DNA from: Leptogorgia sarmentosa
Taxonomy: Eukaryota
Direction: 5' to 3'
Assembly: GCA_964658305.1 (NCBI GenBank)
Contig: OZ210885.1
Span: forward strand, 16,430,001 to 16,494,000
Length of the DNA stretch: 64,000 nt
The translations under genes were made by a program, and so were the position numbers. The notes beneath the pieces are model-generated. The model was not told the origin of the DNA, ran no database searches, and was given only the letters and a program-made list of their open reading frames with translations. This document shows, one piece after another, positions 36,801 to 50,723 of this stretch (position 1 is its first letter; each line of letters begins with the position of its first letter).

Positions 36801-39800
36801 TAGTAGTTGGATGGGTGACCACCTGGGAATACTTTGCGTTGTAGACTTGCTTCATTTTGTTGTATGTGTGTTTGTAAGTAGGTTTGCTTTCAATTTCAAC
36901 TTCAGGGTTTTGTTATTGTTACATGTTTAAAAAGTGTAACTTCCATCAACAAATGTCTACGACCATACCAGTAGGAAAATACCGGTTCTCGTCTGATCAC
37001 CGAAGTTAAGCCTAGGTGGGCAAAGTTAGTACTTGGATGGGTGACTACCTGGGAATACTTTGTGTTGTAGACTTGCTTCATTTTATTGTTTGTGTGTTTG
37101 TAAATAGGTTTGCTTTCAATTTCAACTTCAGGGTTTTGTTATTGTTACACGTTTAAAAATTGTAACTTCCATCAACAAATGTCTACGACCATACCAGTAG
37201 GAAAATACCGGTTCTCGTCTGATCACCGAAGTTAAGCCTAGGTGGGAAAAGTTAGTACTTGGATGGGTGACCACCTGGGAATACTTTGTGTTGTAGACTT
37301 GATTGATTTTATTGTATGTGTGTTTGTAAATAGGTTTGCTTTCAATTTCAACTTCAGGGTTTTGTTATTGTTACACGTTTAAAAAGTGTAACTTCCATCA
37401 ACAAATGTCTACGACCATACCAGTAGGAAAATACCGGTTATCGTCTGATCACCGAAGTTAAGCCTAGGTGGGCAAAGTTAGTACTTGGATGGGTGACCAC
37501 CTGGGAATACTTTGTGTTGTAGACTTGCTTCATTTTGTTGTATGTGTGTTTGTAAGTAGGTTTGCTTTCAATTTCATCTTCAGGGTTTTGTTATTGTTAC
37601 ACGTTTAAAAAGTGTAACTTCCATCAACAAATGTCTACGACCATACCAGTAGGAAAATACCGGTTCTCGTCTGATCACCGAAGTTAAGCCTAGGTGGGCA
37701 AAGTTAGTACTTGGATGGGTGACTACCTGGGAATACTTTGTGTTGTAGACTTGCTTCATTTTATTGTATGTGTGTTTGTAAATAGGTTTGCTTTCAATTT
37801 CAACTTCAGGGTTTTGTTATTAATACACACGTTTAAAAAGTGTAACTTCCATCAACAAATGTCTACAACCATACCAGTAGGAAAATACCGGTTCTCGTCT
37901 GATCACCGAAGTTAGGCCTAGGTGGGAAAAGTTAGTACTTGGATGGGTGACCACCTGGGAATACTTTGTGTTGTAGACTTGCTTCATTTTATTGTATGTG
38001 TGTTTGTAAATAGGTTTGCTTTCAATTTCAACTTCAGGGTTTTGTTATTGTTACACGTTTAAAAAGTGTAACTTCCATCAACAAATGTCTACCACCATAC
38101 CAGTAGGAAAATAACGGTTCTCGTCTGATCACCGAAGTAAAGCCTAGGTGGGCAAAGTTAGTACTTGGATGGGTGACCACCTGGGAATACTTTGTGTTGT
38201 AGACTTGCTTCATTTTATTGTATGTGTGTTTGTAAGTAGGTTTGCTTTCAATTTCAACTTCAGGGTTTTGTTATTGTTACACGTTTAAAAAGTGTAAGTT
38301 CCATCAACAAATGTCTACGACCATACCAGTAGGAAAATACCGGTTCTCGTCTGATCACCGAAGTTAAGCCTAGGTGGGCAAAGTTAGTACTTGGATGGGT
38401 GACTACCTGGGAATACTTTGTGTTGTAGACTTGCTTCATTTTATTGTATGTGTGTTTGTAAATAGGTTTGCTTTCAATTTCAACTTCAGGGTTTTGTTAT
38501 TGTTACACGTTTAAAAAGTGTAACTTCCATCAACAAATGTCTACGACCATACCAGTAGGAAAATACCGGTTTTCGTCTGATCACCGAAGTTAGGCCTAGG
38601 TGGGAAAAGTTAGTACTTGGATGGGTGACCACCTGGGAATACTTTGTGTTGTAGACTTGCTTCATTTTATTGTATGTGTGTTTGTAAATAGGTTTGCTTT
38701 CAATTTCAACTTCAGGGATTTTGTTATTGCTACATCTGGAAATATTTTGTATTGTTGTTTTGCTAAATGTTATTTAATGCCTATTTGTAAATATAATTCC
38801 TTTCAACTTCAACTTCAGGGTTTTATTATTGTTACACGTTTAAAAAGTGTAACTTCCATCAACAAGTGTCTACGACCATACCAGTAGGAAAATACCGGTT
38901 CTCGTCTGATCACCGAAGTTAAGCCTAGGTGGGAAAAGTTAGTACTTGGATGGGTGACCACCTGGGAATACTTTGTGTTGTAGACTTGCTTCATTTTATT
39001 GTATGTGTGTTTGTAAATAGGTTTGCTTTCAATTTCAACTTCAGGGTTTTGTTATTGTTACATGTTTAAAAAGTGTAACTTCCATCAACAAATGTCTACG
39101 ACCATACCAGTAGGAAAATACCGGTTCTCGTCTGATCACCAAAGTTAAGCCTAGGTGGGCAAAGTTAGTACTTGGATGGGTGACTACCTGGGAATACTTT
39201 GTGTTGTAGACTTGCTTCATTTTATTGTATGTGTGTTTGTAAATAGGTTTGCTTTCAATTTCAACTTCAGGGTTTTGTTATTGTTACACGTTTAAAAAGT
39301 GTAACTTCCATCAACAAATGTCTACAACCATACCAGTAGGAAAATACCGGTTCTCGTCTGATCACCGAAGTTAGGCCTAGGTGGGAAAAGTTAGTACTTG
39401 GATGGGTGACCACCTGGGAATACTTTGTGTTGTAGACTTGCTTCATTTTATTGTATGTGTGTTTGTAAATAGGTTTGCTTTCAATTTCAACTTCAGGGTT
39501 TTGTTATTGTTACACGTTTAAAAAGTGTAACTTCCATCAACAAATGTCTACGACCATACCAGTAGGAAAATACCGGTTCTCGTCTGATCACCGAAGTTAG
39601 GCCTAGGTGGGAAAAGTTTGTACTTGGATGGGTGACCACCTGGGAATACTTTGTGTTGTAGACTTGCTTCATTTTATTGTATGTGTGTTTGTAAATAGGT
39701 TTGCTTTCAATTTCAACTTCAGGGTTTTGTTATTGTTACACGTTTAAAAAGTGTAACTTCCATCAACAAATGTCTACGACCATACCAGTAGGAAAATACC

Positions 39801-42800
39801 GGTTCTCGTCTGATCATCGAAGTTAAGCCTAGGTGGGCAAAGTTAGTACTTGGATGGGTGACCACCTGGGAATACTTTGTGTTGTAGACTTGCTTCATTT
39901 TATTGTATGTGTGTTTGTAAATAGGTTTGCTTTCAATTTCACCTTCAGGGTTTTGTTATTGTTACACGTTTAAAAAGTGTAACTTCCATCAACAAATGTC
40001 TACGACCATACCAGTAGGAAAATACCGGTTCTCGTCTGATCACCGAACTTAAGCCTAGGTGGGAACAGTTACTACTTGGATGGGTGACCACCTGGGAATA
40101 CTTTGTGTTGTAGACTTGCTTCATTTTATTGTATGTGTGTTTGTAAATAGGTTTGCTTTCAATTTCAACTTCAGGGTTTTGTTATTGTTACACATTTAAA
40201 AAGTGTAACTTCCATCAACAAATGTCTACGACCATACCAGTAGGAAAATACCGGTTCTCGTCTGATCACCGAAGTTAAGCCTAGGTGGGCAAAGTTAGTA
40301 CTTGGATGGGTGACCACCTGGGAATACTTTGTGTTGTAGACTTGCTTCGTTTTATTGTATGTGTGTTCGTAAATAGGTTTGCTTTCAATGTAAACTTCAG
40401 GGATTTTGTTATTGCTACATCTGGAAATACTTTGTATTGTTGTTTTCCTAAATGTTATTTAATCCCTATTTGTAAATATAATTCCTTTCAATTTCAACTT
40501 CAGGGTTTTGTTATTGTTACACATTTAAAAAGTGTAACTTGCATCAACAAATGTCTACGACCGTACGAGTAGGAAAATACCGGTTCTCGTCTGATCACCG
40601 AAGTTAAGCCTAGGTGGGCAAAGTTAGTATTTGCATGGGTGACCACCTGGGAATACTTTGTGTTGTAGACTTACTTCATTTTATTGCATGTGTGTTTGTA
40701 AATAGGTTTGCTTTCAATGTAAACTTCAGGGATTTTGTTATTGCTACATCTGGAAATACTTTGTATTGTTGTTTTGCTAAATGTTATTTAATGCCTATTT
40801 GTAAATATAATTCCTTTCAACTTCAACTTCAGGGTTTTGTTATTGTTACACGTTTAAAAAGTGTAACTTCCATCAACAAGTGTCTACAACCATACCAGTA
40901 GGAAAATACCGATTCTCGTCTGATCACCGAAGTTAAGCCTAGGTGGGCAAAGTTAGTAGTTGGATGGGTGACCACCTGGGAATACTTTGTGTTGTAGACT
41001 TGCTTCATTTTGTTGTATGTGTGTTTGTAAGTAGGTTTGCTTTCAATTTCAACTTCAGGGTTTTGTTATTGTTACACGTTTAAAAAGTGTAACTTCCATC
41101 AATAAATGTCTACGACCATACCAGTAGGAAAATACCGGTTCTCGTCTGATCACCGAAGTTAGGCCTAGGTGGGAAAAGTTAGTACTTGGATGGGTGACTA
41201 CCTGGGAATACTTTGTGTTGTAGACTTGCTTCATTTTATTGTTTGTGTGTTTGTAAATAGGTTTGCTTTCAATTTCAACTTCAGGGTTTTGTTATTGTTA
41301 CATCTGGAAATACTTTGTATTGTTGTTTTGCTAAATGTTATTTAATCCCTATTTGTAAATATAATTCCTTTCAATTTCAACTTCAGGGTTTTGTTATTGT
41401 TACACGTTTAAAAAGTGTAACTTCCATCAACAAGTGTCTACGACCATACCAGTAGGAAAATACCGGTTCTCGTCTGATCACCGAAGTTAAGCCTAGGTGG
41501 GTAAAGTTAGTAGTTGGATGGGTGACCACCTGGGAATACTTTGCGTTGTAGACTTGCTTCATTTTGTTGTATGTGTGTTTGTAAGTAGGTTTGCTTTCAA
41601 TTTCAACTTCAGGGTTTTGTTATTGTTACAAGTTTAAAAAGTGTAACTTCCATCAACAAATGTCTACGACCATACCAGTAGGAAAATACCGGTTCTCGTC
41701 TGATCACCGAAGTTAAGCCTAGGTGGGCAAAGTTAGTACTTGGATGGGTGACTACCTGGGAATACTTTGTGTTGTAGACTTGCTTCATTTTATTGTTTGT
41801 GTGTTTGTAAATAGGTTTGCTTTCAATTTCAACTTCAGGGTTTTGTTATTGTTACACGTTTAAAAATTGTAACTTCCATCAACAAATGTCTACGACCATA
41901 CCAGTAGGAAAATACCGGTTCTCGTCTGATCACCGAAGTTAAGCCTAGGTGGGAAAAGTTAGTACTTGGATGGGTGACCACCTGGGAATACTTTGTGTTG
42001 TAGACTTGATTGATTTTATTGTATGTGTGTTTGTAAATAGGTTTGCTTTCAATTTCAACTTCAGGGTTTTGTTATTGTTACACGTTTAAAAAGTGTAACT
42101 TCCATCAACAAATGTCTACGACCATACCAGTAGGAAAATACCGGTTATCGTCTGATCACCGAAGTTAAGCCTAGGTGGGCAAAGTTAGTACTTGGATGGG
42201 TGACCACCTGGGAATACTTTGTGTTGTAGACTTGCTTCATTTTGTTGTATGTGTGTTTGTAAGTAGGTTTGCTTTCAATTTCATCTTCAGGGTTTTGTTA
42301 TTGTTACACGTTTAAAAAGTGTAACTTCCATCAACAAATGTCTACGACCATACCAGTAGGAAAATACCGGTTCTCGTCTGATCACCGAAGTTAAGCCTAG
42401 GTGGGCAAAGTTAGTACTTGGATGGGTGACTACCTGGGAATACTTTGTGTTGTAGACTTGCTTCATTTTATTGTATGTGTGTTTGTAAATAGGTTTGCTT
42501 TCAATTTCAACTTCAGGGTTTTGTTATTAATACACACGTTTAAAAAGTGTAACTTCCATCAACAAATGTCTACAACCATACCAGTAGGAAAATACCGGTT
42601 CTCGTCTGATCACCGAAGTTAGGCCTAGGTGGGAAAAGTTAGTACTTGGATGGGTGACCACCTGGGAATACTTTGTGTTGTAGACTTGCTTCATTTTATT
42701 GTATGTGTGTTTGTAAATAGGTTTGCTTTCAATTTCAACTTCAGGGTTTTGTTATTGTTACACGTTTAAAAAGTGTAACTTCCATCAACAAATGTCTACC

Positions 42801-45800
42801 ACCATACCAGTAGGAAAATAACGGTTCTCGTCTGATCACCGAAGTAAAGCCTAGGTGGGCAAAGTTAGTACTTGGATGGGTGACCACCTGGGAATACTTT
42901 GTGTTGTAGACTTGCTTCATTTTATTGTATGTGTGTTTGTAAGTAGGTTTGCTTTCAATTTCAACTTCAGGGTTTTGTTATTGTTACACGTTTAAAAAGT
43001 GTAAGTTCCATCAACAAATGTCTACGACCATACCAGTAGGAAAATACCGGTTCTCGTCTGATCACCGAAGTTAAGCCTAGGTGGGCAAAGTTAGTACTTG
43101 GATGGGTGACTACCTGGGAATACTTTGTGTTGTAGACTTGCTTCATTTTATTGTATGTGTGTTTGTAAATAGGTTTGCTTTCAATTTCAACTTCAGGGTT
43201 TTGTTATTGTTACACGTTTAAAAAGTGTAACTTCCATCAACAAATGTCTACGACCATACCAGTAGGAAAATACCGGTTTTCGTCTGATCACCGAAGTTAG
43301 GCCTAGGTGGGAAAAGTTAGTACTTGGATGGGTGACCACCTGGGAATACTTTGTGTTGTAGACTTGCTTCATTTTATTGTATGTGTGTTTGTAAATAGGT
43401 TTGCTTTCAATTTCAACTTCAGGGATTTTGTTATTGCTACATCTGGAAATATTTTGTATTGTTGTTTTGCTAAATGTTATTTAATGCCTATTTGTAAATA
43501 TAATTCCTTTCAACTTCAACTTCAGGGTTTTATTATTGTTACACGTTTAAAAAGTGTAACTTCCATCAACAAGTGTCTACGACCATACCAGTAGGAAAAT
43601 ACCGGTTCTCGTCTGATCACCGAAGTTAAGCCTAGGTGGGAAAAGTTAGTACTTGGATGGGTGACCACCTGGGAATACTTTGTGTTGTAGACTTGCTTCA
43701 TTTTATTGTATGTGTGTTTGTAAATAGGTTTGCTTTCAATTTCAACTTCAGGGTTTTGTTATTGTTACATGTTTAAAAAGTGTAACTTCCATCAACAAAT
43801 GTCTACGACCATACCAGTAGGAAAATACCGGTTCTCGTCTGATCACCAAAGTTAAGCCTAGGTGGGCAAAGTTAGTACTTGGATGGGTGACTACCTGGGA
43901 ATACTTTGTGTTGTAGACTTGCTTCATTTTATTGTATGTGTGTTTGTAAATAGGTTTGCTTTCAATTTCAACTTCAGGGTTTTGTTATTGTTACACGTTT
44001 AAAAAGTGTAACTTCCATCAACAAATGTCTACAACCATACCAGTAGGAAAATACCGGTTCTCGTCTGATCACCGAAGTTAGGCCTAGGTGGGAAAAGTTA
44101 GTACTTGGATGGGTGACCACCTGGGAATACTTTGTGTTGTAGACTTGCTTCATTTTATTGTATGTGTGTTTGTAAATAGGTTTGCTTTCAATTTCAACTT
44201 CAGGGTTTTGTTATTGTTACACGTTTAAAAAGTGTAACTTCCATCAACAAATGTCTACGACCATACCAGTAGGAAAATACCGGTTCTCGTCTGATCACCG
44301 AAGTTAGGCCTAGGTGGGAAAAGTTTGTACTTGGATGGGTGACCACCTGGGAATACTTTGTGTTGTAGACTTGCTTCATTTTATTGTATGTGTGTTTGTA
44401 AATAGGTTTGCTTTCAATTTCAACTTCAGGGTTTTGTTATTGTTACACGTTTAAAAAGTGTAACTTCCATCAACAAATGTCTACGACCATACCAGTAGGA
44501 AAATACCGGTTCTCGTCTGATCATCGAAGTTAAGCCTAGGTGGGCAAAGTTAGTACTTGGATGGGTGACCACCTGGGAATACTTTGTGTTGTAGACTTGC
44601 TTCATTTTATTGTATGTGTGTTTGTAAATAGGTTTGCTTTCAATTTCACCTTCAGGGTTTTGTTATTGTTACACGTTTAAAAAGTGTAACTTCCATCAAC
44701 AAATGTCTACGACCATACCAGTAGGAAAATACCGGTTCTCGTCTGATCACCGAACTTAAGCCTAGGTGGGAACAGTTAGTACTTGGATGGGTGACCACCT
44801 GGGAATACTTTGTGTTGTAGACTTGCTTCATTTTATTGTATGTGTGTTTGTAAATAGGTTTGCTTTCAATTTCAACTTCAGGGTTTTGTTATTGTTACAC
44901 ATTTAAAAAGTGTAACTTCCATCAACAAATGTCTACGACCATACCAGTAGGAAAATACCGGTTCTCGTCTGATCACCGAAGTTAAGCCTAGGTGGGCAAA
45001 GTTAGTACTTGGATGGGTGACCACCTGGGAATACTTTGTGTTGTAGACTTGCTTCGTTTTATTGTATGTGTGTTCGTAAATAGGTTTGCTTTCAATGTAA
45101 ACTTCAGGGATTTTGTTATTGCTACATCTGGAAATACTTTGTATTGTTGTTTTCCTAAATGTTATTTAATCCCTATTTGTAAATATAATTCCTTTCAATT
45201 TCAACTTCAGGGTTTTGTTATTGTTACACATTTAAAAAGTGTAACTTGCATCAACAAATGTCTACGACCGTACGAGTAGGAAAATACCGGTTCTCGTCTG
45301 ATCACCGAATTTAAGCCTAGGTGGGCAAAGTTAGTATTTGCATGGGTGACCACCTGGGAATACTTTGTGTTGTAGACTTACTTCATTTTATTGCATGTGT
45401 GTTTGTAAATAGGTTTGCTTTCAATGTAAACTTCAGGGATTTTGTTATTGCTACATCTGGAAATACTTTGTATTGTTGTTTTGCTAAATGTTATTTAATG
45501 CCTATTTGTAAATATAATTCCTTTCAACTTCAACTTCAGGGTTTTGTTATTGTTACACGTTTAAAAAGTGTAACTTCCATCAACAAGTGTCTACAACCAT
45601 ACCAGTAGGAAAATACCGATTCTCGTCTGATCACCGAAGTTAAGCCTAGGTGGGCAAAGTTAGTAGTTGGATGGGTGACCACCTGGGAATACTTTGTGTT
45701 GTAGACTTGCTTCATTTTGTTGTATGTGTGTTTGTAAGTAGGTTTGCTTTCAATTTCAACTTCAGGGTTTTGTTATTGTTACACGTTTAAAAAGTGTAAC

Positions 45801-46050
45801 TTCCATCAATAAATGTCTACGACCATACCAGTAGGAAAATACCGGTTCTCGTCTGATCACCGAAGTTAGGCCTAGGTGGGAAAAGTTAGTACTTGGATGG
45901 GTGACCACCTGGGAATACTTTGTGTTGTAGACTTGCTTCATTTTATTGTATGTGTGTTTGTAAATAGGTTTGCTTTCAATTTCAACTTCAGGGATTTTGT
46001 TATTGCTACATCTGGAAATATTTTGTATTGTTGTTTTGCTAAATGTTATT
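33900..46050 (+). repeat. Higher-order repeat, period 5036/4707 bp
   Basis: Matching units sit at 35249/40285/44992, 35578/40614/45321, 37694/42401 and 38600/43307. Boundaries are approximate. Confidence 0.85.
35517..35636 (+). pseudogene. 5S copy with a box C lesion (G82C, plus C78T, A11G, C15G); sisters at 40553, 45260, 58335, 63371
   Basis: Reads GTATTTGCATGGG instead of GTACTTGGATGGG. Confidence 0.65.
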
Positions 46051-49000
46051 TAATGCCTATTTGTAAATATAATTCCTTTCAACTTCAACTTCAGGGTTTT
46101 GTTATTGTTACACGTTTAAAAAGTGTAACTTCCATCAACAAGTGTCTACGACCATACCAGTAGGAAAATACCGGTTCTCGTCTGATCACCGAAGTTAAGC
46201 CTACGTGGGCAAAGTTAGTAGTTGGATGGGTGACCACCTGGGAATACTTTGTGTTGTAGACTTGCTTCATTTTGTTGTATGTGTGTTTGTAAGTAGGTTT
46301 GCTTTCAATTTCAACTTCAGGGTTTTGTTATTGTTACACGTTCAAAAAGTGTAACTTCCATCAACAAATGTCTACGACCATACCAGAAGGAAAATACCGG
46401 TTCTTGTCTGATCACCGAAGTTAAGCCTAGGTGGGCAAAGTTAGTACTTGGATGGGTGACTACCTGGGAATACTTTGTGTTGTAGACTTGCTTCATTTTA
46501 TTGTATGTGTGTTTGTAAATAGGTTTGCTTTCAATTTCAACTTCAGGGTTTTGTTATTGTTACACGTTTAAAAAGTGTAACTTCCATCAACAAATGTCTA
46601 CGACCATACCAGTAGGAAAATACCGGTTCTCGTCTGATCACCGAAGTTAAGCCTAGGTGGGCAAAGTTAGTACTTGGATGGGTGACTACCTGGGAATACT
46701 TTGTGTTGTAGACTTGCTTCATTTTATTGTTTGTGTGTTTGTAAATAGGTTTGCTTTCAATTTCAACTTCAGGGTTTTGTTATTGTTACACGTTTAAAAA
46801 GTGTAACTTCCATCAACAAATGTCTACAACCATACCAGTAGGAAAATACCGGTTCTCGTCTGATCACCGAAGTTAAGCCTAGGTGGGCAAAGTTAGTACT
46901 TGGATGGGTGACCACCTGGGAATACTTTGTGTTGTAGACTTGCTTCATTTTATTGTATGTGTGTTTGTAAATAGGTTTGCTTTCAATGTAAACTTCAGGG
47001 ATTTTGTTATTGCTACATCTGGAAATACTTTGTATTGTTGTTTTCCTAAATATTATTTAATGCCTATTTGTAAATATAATTCCTTTCAATTTCAACTTCA
47101 GGGTTTTGTTATTGTTACACATTTAAAAAGTGTAACTTGCATCAACAAATGTCTACGACTGTACGAGTAGGAAAGTGCCGGTTCTCATCTGATCACCGAA
47201 GTTAAGCCTAGGTGGGCAAAGTTAGTACTTGGATGGGTGACCACCTGGGAATACTTTGTGTTGTAGACTTGCTTCATTTTATTGTATGTGTGTTTGTAAA
47301 TAGGTTTGCTTTCAATGTAAACTTCAGGCATTTTGTTATTGCTACATCTGGAAATACTTTGTATTGTTGTTTTGCTAAATGTTATTTAATGCCTATTTGT
47401 AAATATAATTCCTTTCAACTTCAACTTCAGGGTTTTGTTATTGTTACACGTTTAAAAAGTGTAACTTCCATCAACAAGTGTCTACGACCATACCAGTAGG
47501 AAAATACCGGTTCTCGTCCGATCACCGAAGTTAAGCCTACGTGGGCAAAGTTAGTAGTTGGATGGGTGACCACCTGGGAATACTTTGTGTTGTAGACTTG
47601 CTTCATTTTGTTGTATGTGTGTTTGTAAGTAGGTTTGCTTTCAATTTCAACTCCAGGGTTTTGTTATTGTTACACGTTTAAAAAGTGTAACTTCCATCAA
47701 CAAATGTCTACGACCATACCAGTAGGAAAATACCGGTTCTCGTCTGATCACCGAAGTTAAGCCTAGGTGGGCAAAGTTAGTACTTGGATGGGTGACTACC
47801 TGGGAATACTTTGTGTTGTAGACTTGCTTCATTTTATTGTATGTGTGTTTGTAAATAGGTTTGCTTTCAATTTCAACTTCAGGGTTTTGTTATTGTTACA
47901 CGTTTAAAAAGTGTAACTTCCATCAACAAATGTCTACGACCATACCAGTAGGAAAATACCGGTTCTCGTCTGATCACCGAAGTTAAGCCTAGGTGGGAAA
48001 AGTAAGTACTTGGATGGGTGACCACCTGGGAATACTTTGTGTTGTAGACTTGCTTCATTTTATTGTATGTGTGTTTGTAAATAGGTTTGCTTTCAATTTC
48101 AACTTCAGGGTTTTGTTATTGTTACGCGTTTAAAAAGTGTAACTTCCATCAACAAATTTGTACGACCATACCAGTAGGAAAATACCGGTTCTCGTCTGAT
48201 CACCGAAGTTAAGCCTAGGTGGGCAAAGTTAGTACTTGGATGGGTGACCACCTGGGAATACTTTGTGTTGTAGACTTGCTTCATTTTATTGTATGTGTGT
48301 TTGTAAATAGGTTTGCTTTCAATGTAAACTTCAGGGATTTTGTTATTGCTACATCTGGAAATACTTTGTATTGTTGTTTTCCTAAATGTTATTTAATGCC
48401 TATTTGTAAATATAATTCCTTTCAATTTCAACTTCAGGGTTTTGTTATTGTTACACATTTAAAAAGTGTAACTTGCATCAACAAATGTCTGCGACCGTAC
48501 GAGTAGGAAAATACCGGTTCTCGTCTGATCACCGAAGTTAAGCCTAGGTGGGCAAAGTTAGTACTTGGATGGGTGACTACCTGCGAATACTTTGTGTTGT
48601 AGACTTGCTTCATTTTATTGTATGTGTGTTTGTAAATATAATTCCTTTCAATCTCAACTTCAGGGTTTTGTTATTGTTTCACGTTTAAAAAGTGTAACTT
48701 CCATCAATAAATGTCTACGACCATACCACTAGGAAAATACCGGTTCTCGTCTGATCACCGAAGTTAGGCCTAGGTGGGCAAAGTTAGTACTTGGATGGGT
48801 GACCACCTGGGAATACTTTGTGTTGTAGACTTGCTTCATTTTATTGTATGTGTGTTTGTAAATAGGTTTGCTTTCAATGTAAACTTCAGGGATTTTGTTA
48901 TTGCTACATCTGGAAATACTTTGTATTGTTGTTTTCCTAAATGTTATTTAATCCCTATTTGTAAATATAATTCCTTTCAATTTCAACTTCAGGGTTTTGT

Positions 49001-50603
49001 TATTGTTACACATTTAAAAAGTGTAACTTCCATCAACAAATGCCTACGACCGTACGAGTAGGAAAATACCGGTTCTCGTCTGATCACCGAAGTTAAGCCT
49101 AGGTGGGCAAAGTTAGTAGTTGGATGGGTGACCACCTGGGAATACTTTGCATTGTAGACTTGCTTCATTTTGTTGTATGTGTGTTTGTAAATATAATTCC
49201 TTTCAATCTCAACTTCAGGGTTTTGTTATTGTTACACGTTTAAAAAGTGTAACTTCCATCAATAAATGTCTACGACCATACCACTAGGAAAATACCGGTT
49301 CTCGTCTGATCACCGAAGTTAAGCGTAGATGGGAAAAGTTAGTACTTGGATGGGTGACCACCTGGGAATACTTTGTGTTGTAGATTTGCTTCATTTTATT
49401 GTATGTGTGTTTTTAAATAGGTTTGCTTTCAATTTCAACTTCAGGGTTTTGTTATTGTTACACGTTTAAAAAGTGTAACTTCCATCAACAAATGTCTACG
49501 ACCATACCAGTAGGAAAATACCGGTTCTCGTCTGATCACCGAAGTTAGGCCTAGGTGGGCAAAGTTAGTACTTGGATGGGTGACCACCTGGGAATACTTT
49601 GTGTTGTAGACTTGCTTCATTTTATTGTATGTGTGTTTGTAAATAGGTTTGCTTTCAATGTAAACTTCAGGGATTTTGTTATTGCTACATCTGGAAATAC
49701 TTTGTATTGTTGTTTTGCTAAATGTTATTTAATCCCTATTTGTAAATATAATTCCTTTCAATTTCAACTTCAGGGTTTTGTTATTGTTACACGTTTAAAA
49801 AGTGTAACTTCCATCAACAAATGCCTACGACCGTACGAGTAGGAAAATACCGGTTCTCGTCTGATCACCGAAGTTAAGCCTAGGTGGGTAAAGTTAGTAG
49901 TTGGATGGGTGACCACCTGGGAATACTTTGCGTTGTAGACTTGCTTCATTTTATTGTATGTGTGTTTGTAAATAGGTTTGCTTTCAATTTCAACTTCAGG
50001 GTTTTGTTATTGTTACACGTTTAAAAAGTGTAACTTCCATCAACAAATGTCTACGACCATACCAGTAGGAAAATACCGGTTCTCGTCTGATCACCGAAGT
50101 TAGGCCTAGGTGGGAAAAGTTAGTACTTGGATGGGTGACCACCTGGGAATACTTTGTGTTGTAGACTTGCTTCATTTTATTGTATGTGTGTTTGTAAATA
50201 GGTTTGCTTTCAATTTCAACTTCAGGGATTTTGTTATTGCTACATCTGGAAATATTTTGTATTGTTGTTTTGCTAAATGTTATTTAATGCCTATTTGTAA
50301 ATATAATTCCTTTCAACTTCAACTTCAGGGTTTTATTATTGTTACACGTTTAAAAAGTGTAACTTCCATCAACAAGTGTCTACGACCATACCAGTAGGAA
50401 AATACCGGTTCTCGTCTGATCACCGAAGTTAAGCCTAGGTGGGAAAAGTTAGTACTTGGATGGGTGACCACCTGGGAATACTTTGTGTTGTAGACTTGCT
50501 TCATTTTATTGTATGTGTGTTTGTAAATAGGTTTGCTTTCAATTTCAACTTCAGGGTTTTGTTATTGTTACACGTTTAAAAAGTGTAACTTCCATCAACA
50601 AAT

Positions 50604-50723
50604 GTCTACGACCATACCAGTAGGAAAATACCGGTTCTCGTCTGATCACCGAAGTTAAGCCTAGGTGGGCAAAGTTAGTACTTGGATGGGTGACCACCTG
50701 GGAATACTTTGTGTTGTAGACTT
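50604..50723 (+). rRNA. 5S rRNA gene, consensus copy
   Basis: Same sequence as 1799-1918 by eye. Confidence 0.94.

Noticed and set aside
23168..47832. Minus-strand ORFs at 23168-23401, 25053-25238 and 47647-47832
   Set aside because: They are antisense to 5S units and arise from single-base variants.
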